Positions 29,088 through 38,164 of a stretch of 64,000 nt of DNA are shown here, piece by piece. The position numbers and the translations under genes were made by a program. Each line of letters starts with the position of its first letter. Position 1 is the stretch's first letter. The notes beneath the pieces are model-generated. The model saw only the letters and a program-made list of their open reading frames with translations, was not told the origin of the DNA and ran no database searches. Source of the stretch: a virus; IMG/VR virus record IMGVR_UViG_3300029571_000009, positions 1-64,000 of that record, one strand, 5' to 3'.

Positions 29088-29245
29088 TGTTGTTTTGTCT
29101 CCTTTTCTTCTTCGTTATTTATTTCATCTGTTACAACATCTTTTATTTTATTAATAGTAGAATTCCCTATTTTTTGAAAAAATCTTGACAGTAGAAACCA
29201 TATAATCATTAATCCAACTGCAATTAATATAAAAAATACTTCCAT
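29084..29245 (-). CDS. small single-TM protein translationally coupled to the SPFH gene
   Basis: 53 aa MEVFFILIAVGLMIIWFLLS... plus acidic tail; its TGA stop overlaps the SPFH ATG; not in the >=60 aa ORF track. Confidence 0.45.
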   Translation of the reverse strand: MEVFFILIAVGLMIIWFLLSRFFQKIGNSTINKIKDVVTDEINNEEEKETKQQ

Positions 29246-29373
29246 TTAATTATTCTCCTTTTTACTTATCATTCCATTCCATTTCCAATAGCTCATCATA
29301 TGTAGCAGCATTATCAGACAGACTCTTTTCTTTCTCTTCCAATAACTTAATACACATCTCAACAAGCTTCGGT

Positions 29374-29616
29374 TTAGAATAATTCTGTAATTGTTCTCTT
29401 AATTCTTCTTTGTTCATATCGACACCTCGTCTTAATATTATCTATATCACTTATAAGAACATCTCCACCCTTAATTACCCACATACACTGATAATCTTTC
29501 TCAGCACAGAGCTTGGTAAAATCAGCATATGATTGATACTTATCTGGCTTTGCCATAGCTCTATAACATTGTTTTCTATTCTGACAACTTTGGCTTGTAC
29601 ACATTGTTATATCCAT
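29374..29616 (-). CDS. hypothetical Cys-rich protein
   Basis: 80 aa ORF. Confidence 0.4.
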   Translation of the reverse strand: MDITMCTSQSCQNRKQCYRAMAKPDKYQSYADFTKLCAEKDYQCMWVIKGGDVLISDIDNIKTRCRYEQRRIKRTITELF

Positions 29617-31052
29617 TAAGCAGCTCCTCCATTTGCATTGACGAAATTATCAAAACTTCTCTTCATATATTTGAAATTGACTTCCTGCGAAGGACTGAGA
29701 TTCTGCCACTTTCTTGACTGACAATTTTCAATCCATTTTCCTAATTCAACATCTCTATCGCATTTGTAAGCATAAGCAGTTAAAGCCATTAATGCTATAG
29801 AACACTGCTTGTATAATTCAGAATCAATGTTTACATATGAATCCATAAAATCCTGATATTCTTCAATATCTTCATTTGATACATCTTTTGAAACATTATT
29901 CTGAATAAATTCAAGCGTTGAATCTGATTCACACGACTTTGTATCAGACTCATTTATATTATTCTCTGTTTCTGAATTAGTTTCTTCTGTAATATGTAAA
30001 TATTCCTTCATAAGCTGTTCGAGCATGTTAAGTTTTGCCTTAACAACTTTCTTATCTTTAGTTCCCTTACCATCATCATAAGTATCGAAACTCTTATTCT
30101 CATATTCTACAAATGTCTTGCTATGTAATGTTTTCTGAAACTCTTCAAGAAAATCAATAAATTTAATATCTTCAATTCCAAACTGTGTAAATGTATGAAA
30201 AGCAGCGAACCATATAAATGAATTTTTTGAATTAAACAATTTACCTACTGTGTCTTGATCAGTAATCTCATACAACCTATTGAGTTCATTCTCAAATACC
30301 TCAAATTCATCTTTCGTTGCATTTTCATTAAGATACAAACTCATTTGTTTTGATTTCTTCCAGTTATCAAGATGAAACATAGTCATAATAGATTCACACA
30401 CAATTCTGTTAAATACTTCCTTTGTATCTTCTTTTGGATTATAATTTCCACAATCCATAAAGAAACGATTGCTGACGAGTTTTTTTATCTCAGGTGCTAT
30501 CTTCCAAGCAACCAAAATATTTTTCTGATTTACATTCATACTTGTCTGTCTGTTATATCTTGCAATATGATAGGCTATTTCTTCATCTGTACAATCAAGA
30601 TGTTTGACTATATCAACAGCATAACTATCGAATTTTTCCTTTAATTCATCTGGTAAATCTTTGTATTTTTTACCTCTAAGATCATATTTAATAACTCCAA
30701 CTTTTCCATTCTCATCAACTCCTTGATAGTACATAATTGGCATTTCAAGACTCTTCTTAATTTCAAAAGCATTATTCTTAAATGATTCAAGAACAGTTAA
30801 TCTCTGCAATCCATCAATAAGCCAAAGAATGAACTCTGTCGAGCTTACAATCTGCTCACATATTTTAATGGAATCAATATCCTCTCCTTTGATTATAGTG
30901 GCAGCAAGTCCTGACTTTGCCTCATCTGACCATTGATCAGGCTTTCTCTGCAAAGGATGATTCTTATTAATCTGACCTCTTTTAAACTGATTAAGTAATG
31001 TTCCTAACATCATCTGATCTTTTTTAACTTTGTCTCTTCCCACCATTGTCAT
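29616..31052 (-). CDS. DUF262-type ParB/sulfiredoxin-fold protein (GmrSD N-terminal domain-like)
   Basis: IDGLQRLT motif, a variant of the DGQQR signature, in the N-terminal third; long C-terminal extension. Confidence 0.6.
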   Translation of the reverse strand: MTMVGRDKVKKDQMMLGTLLNQFKRGQINKNHPLQRKPDQWSDEAKSGLAATIIKGEDIDSIKICEQIVSSTEFILWLIDGLQRLTVLESFKNNAFEIKKSLEMPIMYYQGVDENGKVGVIKYDLRGKKYKDLPDELKEKFDSYAVDIVKHLDCTDEEIAYHIARYNRQTSMNVNQKNILVAWKIAPEIKKLVSNRFFMDCGNYNPKEDTKEVFNRIVCESIMTMFHLDNWKKSKQMSLYLNENATKDEFEVFENELNRLYEITDQDTVGKLFNSKNSFIWFAAFHTFTQFGIEDIKFIDFLEEFQKTLHSKTFVEYENKSFDTYDDGKGTKDKKVVKAKLNMLEQLMKEYLHITEETNSETENNINESDTKSCESDSTLEFIQNNVSKDVSNEDIEEYQDFMDSYVNIDSELYKQCSIALMALTAYAYKCDRDVELGKWIENCQSRKWQNLSPSQEVNFKYMKRSFDNFVNANGGAA

Positions 31053-31069
31053 AACTTGTTTCCTCCTAA

Positions 31070-31711
31070 TTAAAATAATAATGATATGTATTCATATTTT
31101 CTTAACCCTGATAAACAATCATTGTATTCATTTGCAGTTATATGTAATATTTTCAATATCTCATCTTTTGTATATTGTTGAGATAATAACCTCGCTACCC
31201 TTTCCTGTTTTCGTGGTAATTGCTGTAAATATAACTCAACCTTGTCAGTATATTCTTCTGTGAATATTTCTCTTTCTACATTCTCTCTTGAAGGTAAATT
31301 CTCTTTAATACTTTTCACCTCATCTGTATTAACATCCAATGAGACATTCATAATAATTTGAGGATTACCCTTTTCATCAAGAATTAGTTTTCCATTTTCG
31401 TCCCTTAAGAGATTCTGACGCTTTAACCTATATTTGTTGTCTCTCATCCATGTGCTTGTCTTTCTTGCAATATTACCCGTCAGAAAAGTTTCAAAACGAG
31501 ATTTATTTTGATCAAATGAGACTACTGCTTCCATAAGACAATCCATTGCCACCTCATATAAATCATCGTATTCACTAACTTCAACTTTTCCATGCCAAAT
31601 CTTATGACATATTCTTTTTAATTTTTTGTTTTCGTTGTCTGAATAATCATTAATAATTTTCATCATTTCAGGATTATTGTTAATAACCCTCATCATCTCT
31701 TCATTAATCAT
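31070..31711 (-). CDS. sigma-70-family sigma factor (phage-encoded)
   Basis: region 2-like DLYEVAMDCLMEAVVSFD and region 4-like HTH near the C-terminus (QERVARLLSQQYTKDEILKILHIT). Confidence 0.6.
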   Translation of the reverse strand: MINEEMMRVINNNPEMMKIINDYSDNENKKLKRICHKIWHGKVEVSEYDDLYEVAMDCLMEAVVSFDQNKSRFETFLTGNIARKTSTWMRDNKYRLKRQNLLRDENGKLILDEKGNPQIIMNVSLDVNTDEVKSIKENLPSRENVEREIFTEEYTDKVELYLQQLPRKQERVARLLSQQYTKDEILKILHITANEYNDCLSGLRKYEYISLLF

Positions 31712-31904
31712 TTCTTCTACCCGCCTTTTGAATTTCTTTATTCATATATTCCCCGAAAGACAATTCAGAATTCATAATTTTAATATGCTTAGTTTCTCTT
31801 TTACATTTTGGACACTTACAATATCTATTATGTCGATTTCTTTCTCCTGGTTGAAAACTCATAGTCTCTACCATAGGAATTAAACAGTTTCTACATATCA
31901 CCAT
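31704..31904 (-). CDS. zinc-ribbon protein
   Basis: CRNC...CKCPKC. Confidence 0.45.
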   Translation of the reverse strand: MVICRNCLIPMVETMSFQPGERNRHNRYCKCPKCKRETKHIKIMNSELSFGEYMNKEIQKAGRRND

Positions 31905-31906
31905 AA

Positions 31907-32575
31907 TTAATCCTCCAATATATCATTAGCCATTTTCCAATATTCCGTTCTTCCTTTGTAATCATCGCTAGTGACTTTACTAAGTTCTAATTTTATCTTC
32001 TCGATGTTGTATCCTTTGACTATCGCATCTTGCATAACCTGAACGTACCTTATACATTGCTTTATTCGTTTATGCTTATCTCGTATATCATCAAGTAAAT
32101 ATCCTATCTTTGCTACCTTATGAGCTTGTGGTTTCTTACCATTATGTATTTTCTTATATTTTTCTAATGCATGATTAATATCACTCTCAGCACTATCACA
32201 CTTTGACAACTCCGTATTTAATAAATTTTTATATGTTATAAGTTGATTGTCGTCCCAACCCACTAATCCCAAAATGGAATTAGCTTCTGATTCAATCTTG
32301 TCTAATAAGGCATAATCAAAATTATTTTTATCTCCTATATAGATATCTGCATTTCCTCTATAATAAAGAGATTTATCAGACTTCTGCCCCGTATCCACAT
32401 CAATAAGATTATATTTCTTAATCCATGAATACTTCTTTCTGCTGTTCTGTACTAATGACCTCGCTTGTTTGTAAGTAAACTCCTTTGCCATAGAACTCGA
32501 AGTCGTTATCATATACTCACCTGACTTCATAGGATTCTCCATAACATAATTTTTTCCATCTGTTAGAATAAACAA
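31907..32575 (-). CDS. hypothetical protein
   Basis: 222 aa ORF. Confidence 0.5.
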   Translation of the reverse strand: MFILTDGKNYVMENPMKSGEYMITTSSSMAKEFTYKQARSLVQNSRKKYSWIKKYNLIDVDTGQKSDKSLYYRGNADIYIGDKNNFDYALLDKIESEANSILGLVGWDDNQLITYKNLLNTELSKCDSAESDINHALEKYKKIHNGKKPQAHKVAKIGYLLDDIRDKHKRIKQCIRYVQVMQDAIVKGYNIEKIKLELSKVTSDDYKGRTEYWKMANDILED

Positions 32576-32663
32576 AAAACATCACTCCTCTCTGATTTTT
32601 GACGCACTTTAATAAGCCTTGGGTATACCAAAGAAAAATTAAAATGCTATTAAATTGTTAAAA

Positions 32664-32684
32664 TTTGGAAAAATTCTGCGAATG
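32664..32684 (-). promoter_or_regulatory. copy of conserved intergenic motif (TTTGGAAAAATTCTGCGAATG)
   Basis: motif match, upstream of 31907..32575. Confidence 0.3.
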
Positions 32685-32876
32685 CATTGATTTTTATATA
32701 ATTGATATGTATAATTTAAATGCGTACTAGTCTTTTTCCCCCAAGAAATAGATTTTGTATGTTGCTTGACTAGAAAGTTGGTAGCTGGCTAGTCAAGCAT
32801 TTTTTATTTTCTTTTCCATTATATTACTCCGAACATGTGTTTGTGTCAATATAAATTCGAACAAAAATTCGAGAAA

Positions 32877-33173
32877 TTATCTTAGCAAAATATCATGCAT
32901 AATTCCCTTCTTAATAATATTTTTTATGTCCTGTTCGACATTAAATAGTTGCATATGAGGAATGTACTCATCCTCATTCACAATTATTGTTTTTGATTTT
33001 CTAACTAATAAGCACCCATCATCAGGTGTTGCAATTTTCTTTGAAGAAGTATTATTATCAAAATCCATTGTAAGTATTACTACATTCTTAGGATTTTTCC
33101 CTTCAGCTTTCAGCTTTTGTAATCTTTCAATTGCTTCGTCAATTGAGGTATAATCATATGTTTCTGTCTTCAT
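32877..33173 (-). CDS. hypothetical protein downstream of the MazF-like toxin (candidate antitoxin in reversed gene order)
   Basis: 98 aa ORF 18 nt after the toxin gene. Confidence 0.4.
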   Translation of the reverse strand: MKTETYDYTSIDEAIERLQKLKAEGKNPKNVVILTMDFDNNTSSKKIATPDDGCLLVRKSKTIIVNEDEYIPHMQLFNVEQDIKNIIKKGIMHDILLR

Positions 33174-33191
33174 GATATTCTCTCCTCTCCC

Positions 33192-33542
33192 TTATATCAA
33201 AGCCAAACTTATTTTCATCGCTTCCATAACCTTTAAACTATCTTCAGCAGATAATTCACCAATTTTAAATTGAATCCGATCTTTATCAATCGTTGTAATC
33301 TGCTCTAATGCCACAACAGAATCATATTTTAGTCCATTAAGCTCATCTTTATGTATTTCTACATGTGTTGGCAATTCTCTTTTAGACTTGGTTGTTATAA
33401 TGGCAATTATAGTGGTAGGGCTAAACTTATTGCCAATATTGTTTTGCAATATCAGTACCGGTCTTTTACCACTCTGTTCTGAGCCTTTAGAATCGTATTT
33501 AGTTATATCAGCGAAATATATTTCACCACGTTTAATTTCCAT
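33192..33542 (-). CDS. mazF: MazF/PemK-family endoribonuclease toxin
   Basis: RGEIYFADI...GSEQSGKRPVLILQNN signature, 116 aa. Confidence 0.7.
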   Translation of the reverse strand: MEIKRGEIYFADITKYDSKGSEQSGKRPVLILQNNIGNKFSPTTIIAIITTKSKRELPTHVEIHKDELNGLKYDSVVALEQITTIDKDRIQFKIGELSAEDSLKVMEAMKISLALI

Positions 33543-33668
33543 TATGTTAGCCCTCCTTTCTCTGTTTGTCCCTTTTGATATTTTATATAATACATCATAT
33601 TATAATATATGTCAACATATATTATTGATTAATATATTATTTTTTACTATAATACAAATAAATAATAT
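33543..33668. promoter_or_regulatory. divergent promoter/operator region between the MazF operon and the XRE HTH gene
   Basis: AT-rich; inverted repeat AATATAT-TATTGATTA-ATATATT; several TATAAT-like hexamers. Confidence 0.4.
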
Positions 33669-33890
33669 ATGAAGAGGTGCTATATGTACAAGCTTAATGT
33701 AAAAAATCTTTTAGATGCAAAAGGTAAAACACAATATTGGCTTTCTAAACAAACAGGGATATCCGCAAATAATGTAAGCAAAATCTATAATGGAGAAACA
33801 ATCAATATTAGACTTGATACAATTAATAAATTGTGTGAAGCATTAGAATGTACACCATGCGAATTATTTATTAAGGACGATACAAAATAA
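33669..33890 (+). CDS. XRE-family HTH transcriptional regulator (Cro/CI-like)
   Basis: LSKQTGISANNVSKIYNG helix-turn-helix. Confidence 0.7.
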   Translation: MKRCYMYKLNVKNLLDAKGKTQYWLSKQTGISANNVSKIYNGETINIRLDTINKLCEALECTPCELFIKDDTK

Positions 33891-33904
33891 CTTTGTATCA
33901 TCCT

Positions 33905-35152
33905 TTACATATTGTTTAACACATCTTTCATCCCCACTGCACCATTTGCATAATTATTAACTGTTGTATTTACATTACTATGTCCTAACTGCTGCTGTAC
34001 AAATGCAAGATTTCCATTTCTGTTCATTATACTAGCATAATAATGACGCATCATATGTGGTGTTATACCATTTCCATAATTCTCAAATATCTGTTTGATA
34101 TTTCTTTCTGTTGTACGAGTTCCATTTTTATTTACAAACACAGCTTCTGTATCAATAATGTTACTTAATGTGCTTCTGTATTCTAACCACTCTCTTATAG
34201 CTTTTAAAGCAGATCCGCTAAGATATACCATTCTATTTTGCATTTCTCTGTACACACCTTTACCAAGAATAGTAATATAAGGCATTTCTTCATCTAAATG
34301 CAAATTAGATAAATCCAAACCAGCAAGTTCAGATTCTCTTATTCCAGTTCCTCTTAATACTCGAAAAATAGCAATATTTCTATTTCTTACTGAAATATCC
34401 TTTTTCCACATTATTTTTTCTTCCATATCATTAAGTTGCTTTTCTGTTGGAAGTTTTTTAGTTAACTTGTTTCCAGATGGAATCCCTTTATAAGTTACAT
34501 CTTTAAAGAATCCATCTTTAATTTCAGTTCCCTTCACTCTACTCATATAATCCCAAAAACTACTTATTATATGTTTTCTAGTTTCTAATGTCGTAGGTGA
34601 CATTCCATTCTGTTCTTTAGTCTTTAAATATAACGTGATATCTTCTGCCATAATGTCAGTAAAATCTGATGGCTCAATATCTGAAATATTTGTTTTATCA
34701 ATAAGTTTCTCTTCAATAAACCAATTGAGCAAATCTACAATAACTCCAAGATAATTTAAAGCACCTGCTTTACTTTCAATTTTAACAGTGAAATATTTTC
34801 TCATATATATAGGAAAATTTAACTCATCCAACTTCCTATTAAGCTTTTCAGCATTTTTGTTTGTACTTCTATTTTGTAACACATATTCATCAACCTCACT
34901 TTCATATTCGTCTATGTAATAATTCTCTCTTTTTATCTTTGCAGCCTCAAAAATTTCTTCATATGAATCACAAAATCTTACTTCGATACACTTCGTTACC
35001 TCTCCGCACTTCAAACAATACAAATCTTTAATATGTTTTCGTTCTCTTTGTCTCTGTCTCTGAATTCCACTGGCTAACATATTTTCATTCATACATTTCA
35101 TACATATGAATCTGCTTGCATGTTTTGGATTTCCATTCTTATATCTACTCAA
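33905..35152 (-). CDS. tyrosine integrase/recombinase with N-terminal zinc ribbon
   Basis: C-terminal HMMRHYYASIMNRNG...LGHSNVNTTVNNY (R-H-R-Y catalytic region); N-terminal CMKCMN...CLKCGE. Confidence 0.75.
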   Translation of the reverse strand: MSRYKNGNPKHASRFICMKCMNENMLASGIQRQRQRERKHIKDLYCLKCGEVTKCIEVRFCDSYEEIFEAAKIKRENYYIDEYESEVDEYVLQNRSTNKNAEKLNRKLDELNFPIYMRKYFTVKIESKAGALNYLGVIVDLLNWFIEEKLIDKTNISDIEPSDFTDIMAEDITLYLKTKEQNGMSPTTLETRKHIISSFWDYMSRVKGTEIKDGFFKDVTYKGIPSGNKLTKKLPTEKQLNDMEEKIMWKKDISVRNRNIAIFRVLRGTGIRESELAGLDLSNLHLDEEMPYITILGKGVYREMQNRMVYLSGSALKAIREWLEYRSTLSNIIDTEAVFVNKNGTRTTERNIKQIFENYGNGITPHMMRHYYASIMNRNGNLAFVQQQLGHSNVNTTVNNYANGAVGMKDVLNNM

Positions 35153-35173
35153 AAATTATTCACCTCATTTCCG

Positions 35174-35204
35174 CAATAAAAAAGAAGCAGGTATTTCTGC
35201 TTCT
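35174..35204 (-). terminator. rho-independent terminator after 35260..36060
   Basis: 8 bp stem AGAAGCAG/CTGCTTCT with a 6 nt loop, followed by a T tract on the minus strand. Confidence 0.55.
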
Positions 35205-35259
35205 AATACTTGTTTCTATATTTGATTTGTTTTCAATAAGAAAGCAATTTTTCTTTGGG

Positions 35260-36060
35260 TTATTCTTCTAACATTTTCTCAACTTTATCAAGGTGTGACT
35301 GATCCATTGACTTTCCAGTTCTATTGAGCATTAAGAAATATTTTAATACTGCCCTTCTATCTGCTTCTCTTACTTCCCCTTGTACAATATGATGGTTTAA
35401 GAAAACATTCTTATCTTTAGCCGATAAGTCATTGTAATAAACTCCGTTATATGGAAATCTATTCTCGTAAAAATCAATAATTGTGCTTAATCTCTGCTTA
35501 CCATCAAGTATTTCATATCCATTACCCGTCTCAGTCCATTTCTTATCATCCAAATGAATAAAAGCAAATTTACCTATATCAATATTGTTAAAAATACTGT
35601 CTATAAGCAACTGTTTATCTTCTAACTCCCATACATATCCTCTCTGATATTCAGGATTCATATCTACTCCAAATGCATAATATTTATGGATAAGAGACTC
35701 AATCATTGAATTGATAAAATTGATTTTTACATCCTGATTTTTACTAAACCTTGAATCCCCATTAGTAAGCGGTCTAACGCTAGTCCATTCAGCAACTCTA
35801 TATACTTCTCTATCATAAGGATTCCCATAATTTTCTTCAGTAGAAATACAATGTAATCCGTATACCTTTCCATCATATAACACTTCTTTTACTGTACAGT
35901 CTTTTAATGCACCATATTTTACCTTATCTCCTACTTCAAATCTATAAGTTGGTTCATTCAGATGTAACACTTCATCTTTAATAAAACTTAATCCATTTTC
36001 TCTTTCTTTCTGTAACTGTTCTTCTATGGTTAATTCTTTATTTACTTTCTTTCTCGCCAT
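35260..36060 (-). CDS. DUF262-type ParB/sulfiredoxin-fold protein
   Basis: LDGKQRLSTI (DGQQR-type motif) in the C-terminal half. Confidence 0.6.
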   Translation of the reverse strand: MARKKVNKELTIEEQLQKERENGLSFIKDEVLHLNEPTYRFEVGDKVKYGALKDCTVKEVLYDGKVYGLHCISTEENYGNPYDREVYRVAEWTSVRPLTNGDSRFSKNQDVKINFINSMIESLIHKYYAFGVDMNPEYQRGYVWELEDKQLLIDSIFNNIDIGKFAFIHLDDKKWTETGNGYEILDGKQRLSTIIDFYENRFPYNGVYYNDLSAKDKNVFLNHHIVQGEVREADRRAVLKYFLMLNRTGKSMDQSHLDKVEKMLEE

Positions 36061-36099
36061 TTAATCATCTCCTTCTATTTACCAAGAAATCGTCATTTA

Positions 36100-36297
36100 C
36101 TACACTGGTTTATATTTTTGACGATTTACTTTCTGTCTTTCTTCAATAATAAGATTCAAAACAATTGTTAGTCTCCTCTTTTCACTTGAGGAATCAGTCT
36201 CTCCATATATCTTAGTCAGTTTACCCTCATATTCTTGTTGTAAGCTGCACAATTCTCTTTCATATTCTATCAACTCTTTTAGTGTCATATTTATCAT
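36100..36297 (-). CDS. hypothetical protein
   Basis: start trimmed to the ATG at 36297 (GAGGTG RBS) to remove a 100 nt overlap with 36341..36628. Confidence 0.4.
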   Translation of the reverse strand: MINMTLKELIEYERELCSLQQEYEGKLTKIYGETDSSSEKRRLTIVLNLIIEERQKVNRQKYKPV

Positions 36298-36340
36298 TAT
36301 ATCACCTCGTTTCTTCTGCTCATTAATCAAATCCAATACT

Positions 36341-36628
36341 TCACATACAAAATTTTTGCCCACATTGAGGACAATATGTATTTGTAGAATATACATTACT
36401 ACCACAAATACCGCACTGATGTACAATTGTTGATTTTCCAAATAAGCTAAATTCTCTTTTATTATTTGTTGGAAATCTCTTTTGTTTTCTTACACATTCT
36501 TCTATGGTATCAATATTAGCCATTAAATCTTCAATATCACCAACTGCAATAACTCCATTTTCATTACTATATGCGATTTTAAATTGTTGTATGGATATCA
36601 ATGCCGCATTTATTTCTTCTTCATACAT
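36341..36628 (-). CDS. zinc-ribbon protein
   Basis: CGICGS...CPQCG. Confidence 0.45.
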   Translation of the reverse strand: MYEEEINAALISIQQFKIAYSNENGVIAVGDIEDLMANIDTIEECVRKQKRFPTNNKREFSLFGKSTIVHQCGICGSNVYSTNTYCPQCGQKFCM

Positions 36629-36638
36629 TTATATCACC

Positions 36639-36848
36639 TCAATTTCCTATTAACCAATCTCTTCCATCACAAGATTTGTGTTCTTGGACAATTTCATCAG
36701 TTAATTTTATATTTTTAAAAAGTCCACTATCAATTGCTGCACAACCATATGAACAATATTTATCTGTAAACCCAGTTCTTACAACAATAATTGAATTTTC
36801 AAGTAATGACTTACCACATTTAGAACACTCCATATATCTTTCCATCAA
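36639..36848 (-). CDS. zinc-ribbon protein
   Basis: CSKCGK...CSYGC. Confidence 0.45.
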   Translation of the reverse strand: MMERYMECSKCGKSLLENSIIVVRTGFTDKYCSYGCAAIDSGLFKNIKLTDEIVQEHKSCDGRDWLIGN

Positions 36849-37035
36849 TCACACCTCACTTCATTACTGACACATCAATAACATTTAATCCAGCATCTTC
36901 TAAATCCTGTTCAACACAATATCTCAATGTTTCTTCTGATGACTCATCATCATAGAATTCTCCTTCAACTTCTACAATAAGTTTTGCTTTTACCTTATTG
37001 GGGTTATTCATTGTTTTTGACATATGTATCACCTC

Positions 37036-37224
37036 TTATCTTTCAGTTACAATTAAATTTTCTATATCATACCTGCAATCAATCCAATGTTCATATAGTC
37101 CAATGTTTTCATCTGTTGGCTTCCTTGTTGCTGATGAAATATAATTATCAAATTTAACGATTGCGTTATACATTTTCTCAAGGTCTTCTTTTGTAATCTC
37201 GTCAGTATTTCTAAATTCTTTCAC
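37036..37224 (-). CDS. hypothetical protein
   Basis: 62 aa ORF. Confidence 0.35.
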   Translation of the reverse strand: MKEFRNTDEITKEDLEKMYNAIVKFDNYISSATRKPTDENIGLYEHWIDCRYDIENLIVTER

Positions 37225-37254
37225 TATATCACCTCTTCCAATCTTCCGAGTAAA

Positions 37255-37545
37255 TCATTCATTCATTGGCTTCTTAATTACAATTTTTCTTCCACAAATC
37301 GGGCAATAACCAATATTTATCTTTTTGCTAAAAGCATCTTCTGCGAAATCATATCCACAACAAAGTGTTACTCCATCAATCATTATTGTTCCATTCTGCC
37401 AAATTGCTAATGTTTTCTCTTTGTCATCTAAAATTTCTCTCGCCACATCTTCATCGAAATTAGTAACTTTTAATACTTCTTCCACACAGTCTGTAGGATA
37501 AGAAGAATAACCTACTGCGAATTTTTCTATTTGACTTTTTGTCAT
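37255..37545 (-). CDS. zinc-ribbon protein
   Basis: CCGYDF...CPICGRK. Confidence 0.45.
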   Translation of the reverse strand: MTKSQIEKFAVGYSSYPTDCVEEVLKVTNFDEDVAREILDDKEKTLAIWQNGTIMIDGVTLCCGYDFAEDAFSKKINIGYCPICGRKIVIKKPMNE

Positions 37546-37631
37546 ATCATTACCTCCAAACTAAAGAAAGTTAAATTTACTTGTTTCTATTCTACATGAT
37601 ATCATTAGACAACTCAATTACTTCATTACGT

Positions 37632-38150
37632 TTAATTGAATGGCATATAGTCTTCGTCCTCTTCACCATTTTTCTTAAAAATATCGTCATCTTCTCCATT
37701 ATCAATACAAGTATCATAACCATCATTTCCTATTGTAAAATGTTGAAGAAAATCAACTTCAATAAAATTCGCCATTTCTTGAATTTTTCTTGTGATATTA
37801 ATATCATTTACACTTGCATCTTTTGAACCATTTGGATGATTATGAGCTACAATAAATTTATTCGCACCAGACAATAATAGAAATATTGCAAGCTCTCTCA
37901 TTTTTATTATAGAAGTATCTGCTGTTCCATGTGATAGTTCAAACACTCCTTGCGGAATCATTTGACAATTAAATGATATAATATAAACATATTCCTCTTC
38001 TAAATATTCCATCTCAAACGTTTTATTTAAAAAATCAATAATTTTATCGTATGTTGAAAAATCTGAATTCCATTGTATTTTTTCTTTTTCTTTTAAAATT
38101 GGAAAATTATTTTTCTTATTTCTAAACGTAATATATCTTTTAATTTCCAT
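37632..38150 (-). CDS. RadC-like JAB/MPN domain protein
   Basis: JAMM-like motif VAHNHPNGS with a preceding Glu and a downstream Asp. Confidence 0.6.
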   Translation of the reverse strand: MEIKRYITFRNKKNNFPILKEKEKIQWNSDFSTYDKIIDFLNKTFEMEYLEEEYVYIISFNCQMIPQGVFELSHGTADTSIIKMRELAIFLLLSGANKFIVAHNHPNGSKDASVNDINITRKIQEMANFIEVDFLQHFTIGNDGYDTCIDNGEDDDIFKKNGEEDEDYMPFN

Positions 38151-38164
38151 TATGTTATTCTCCT

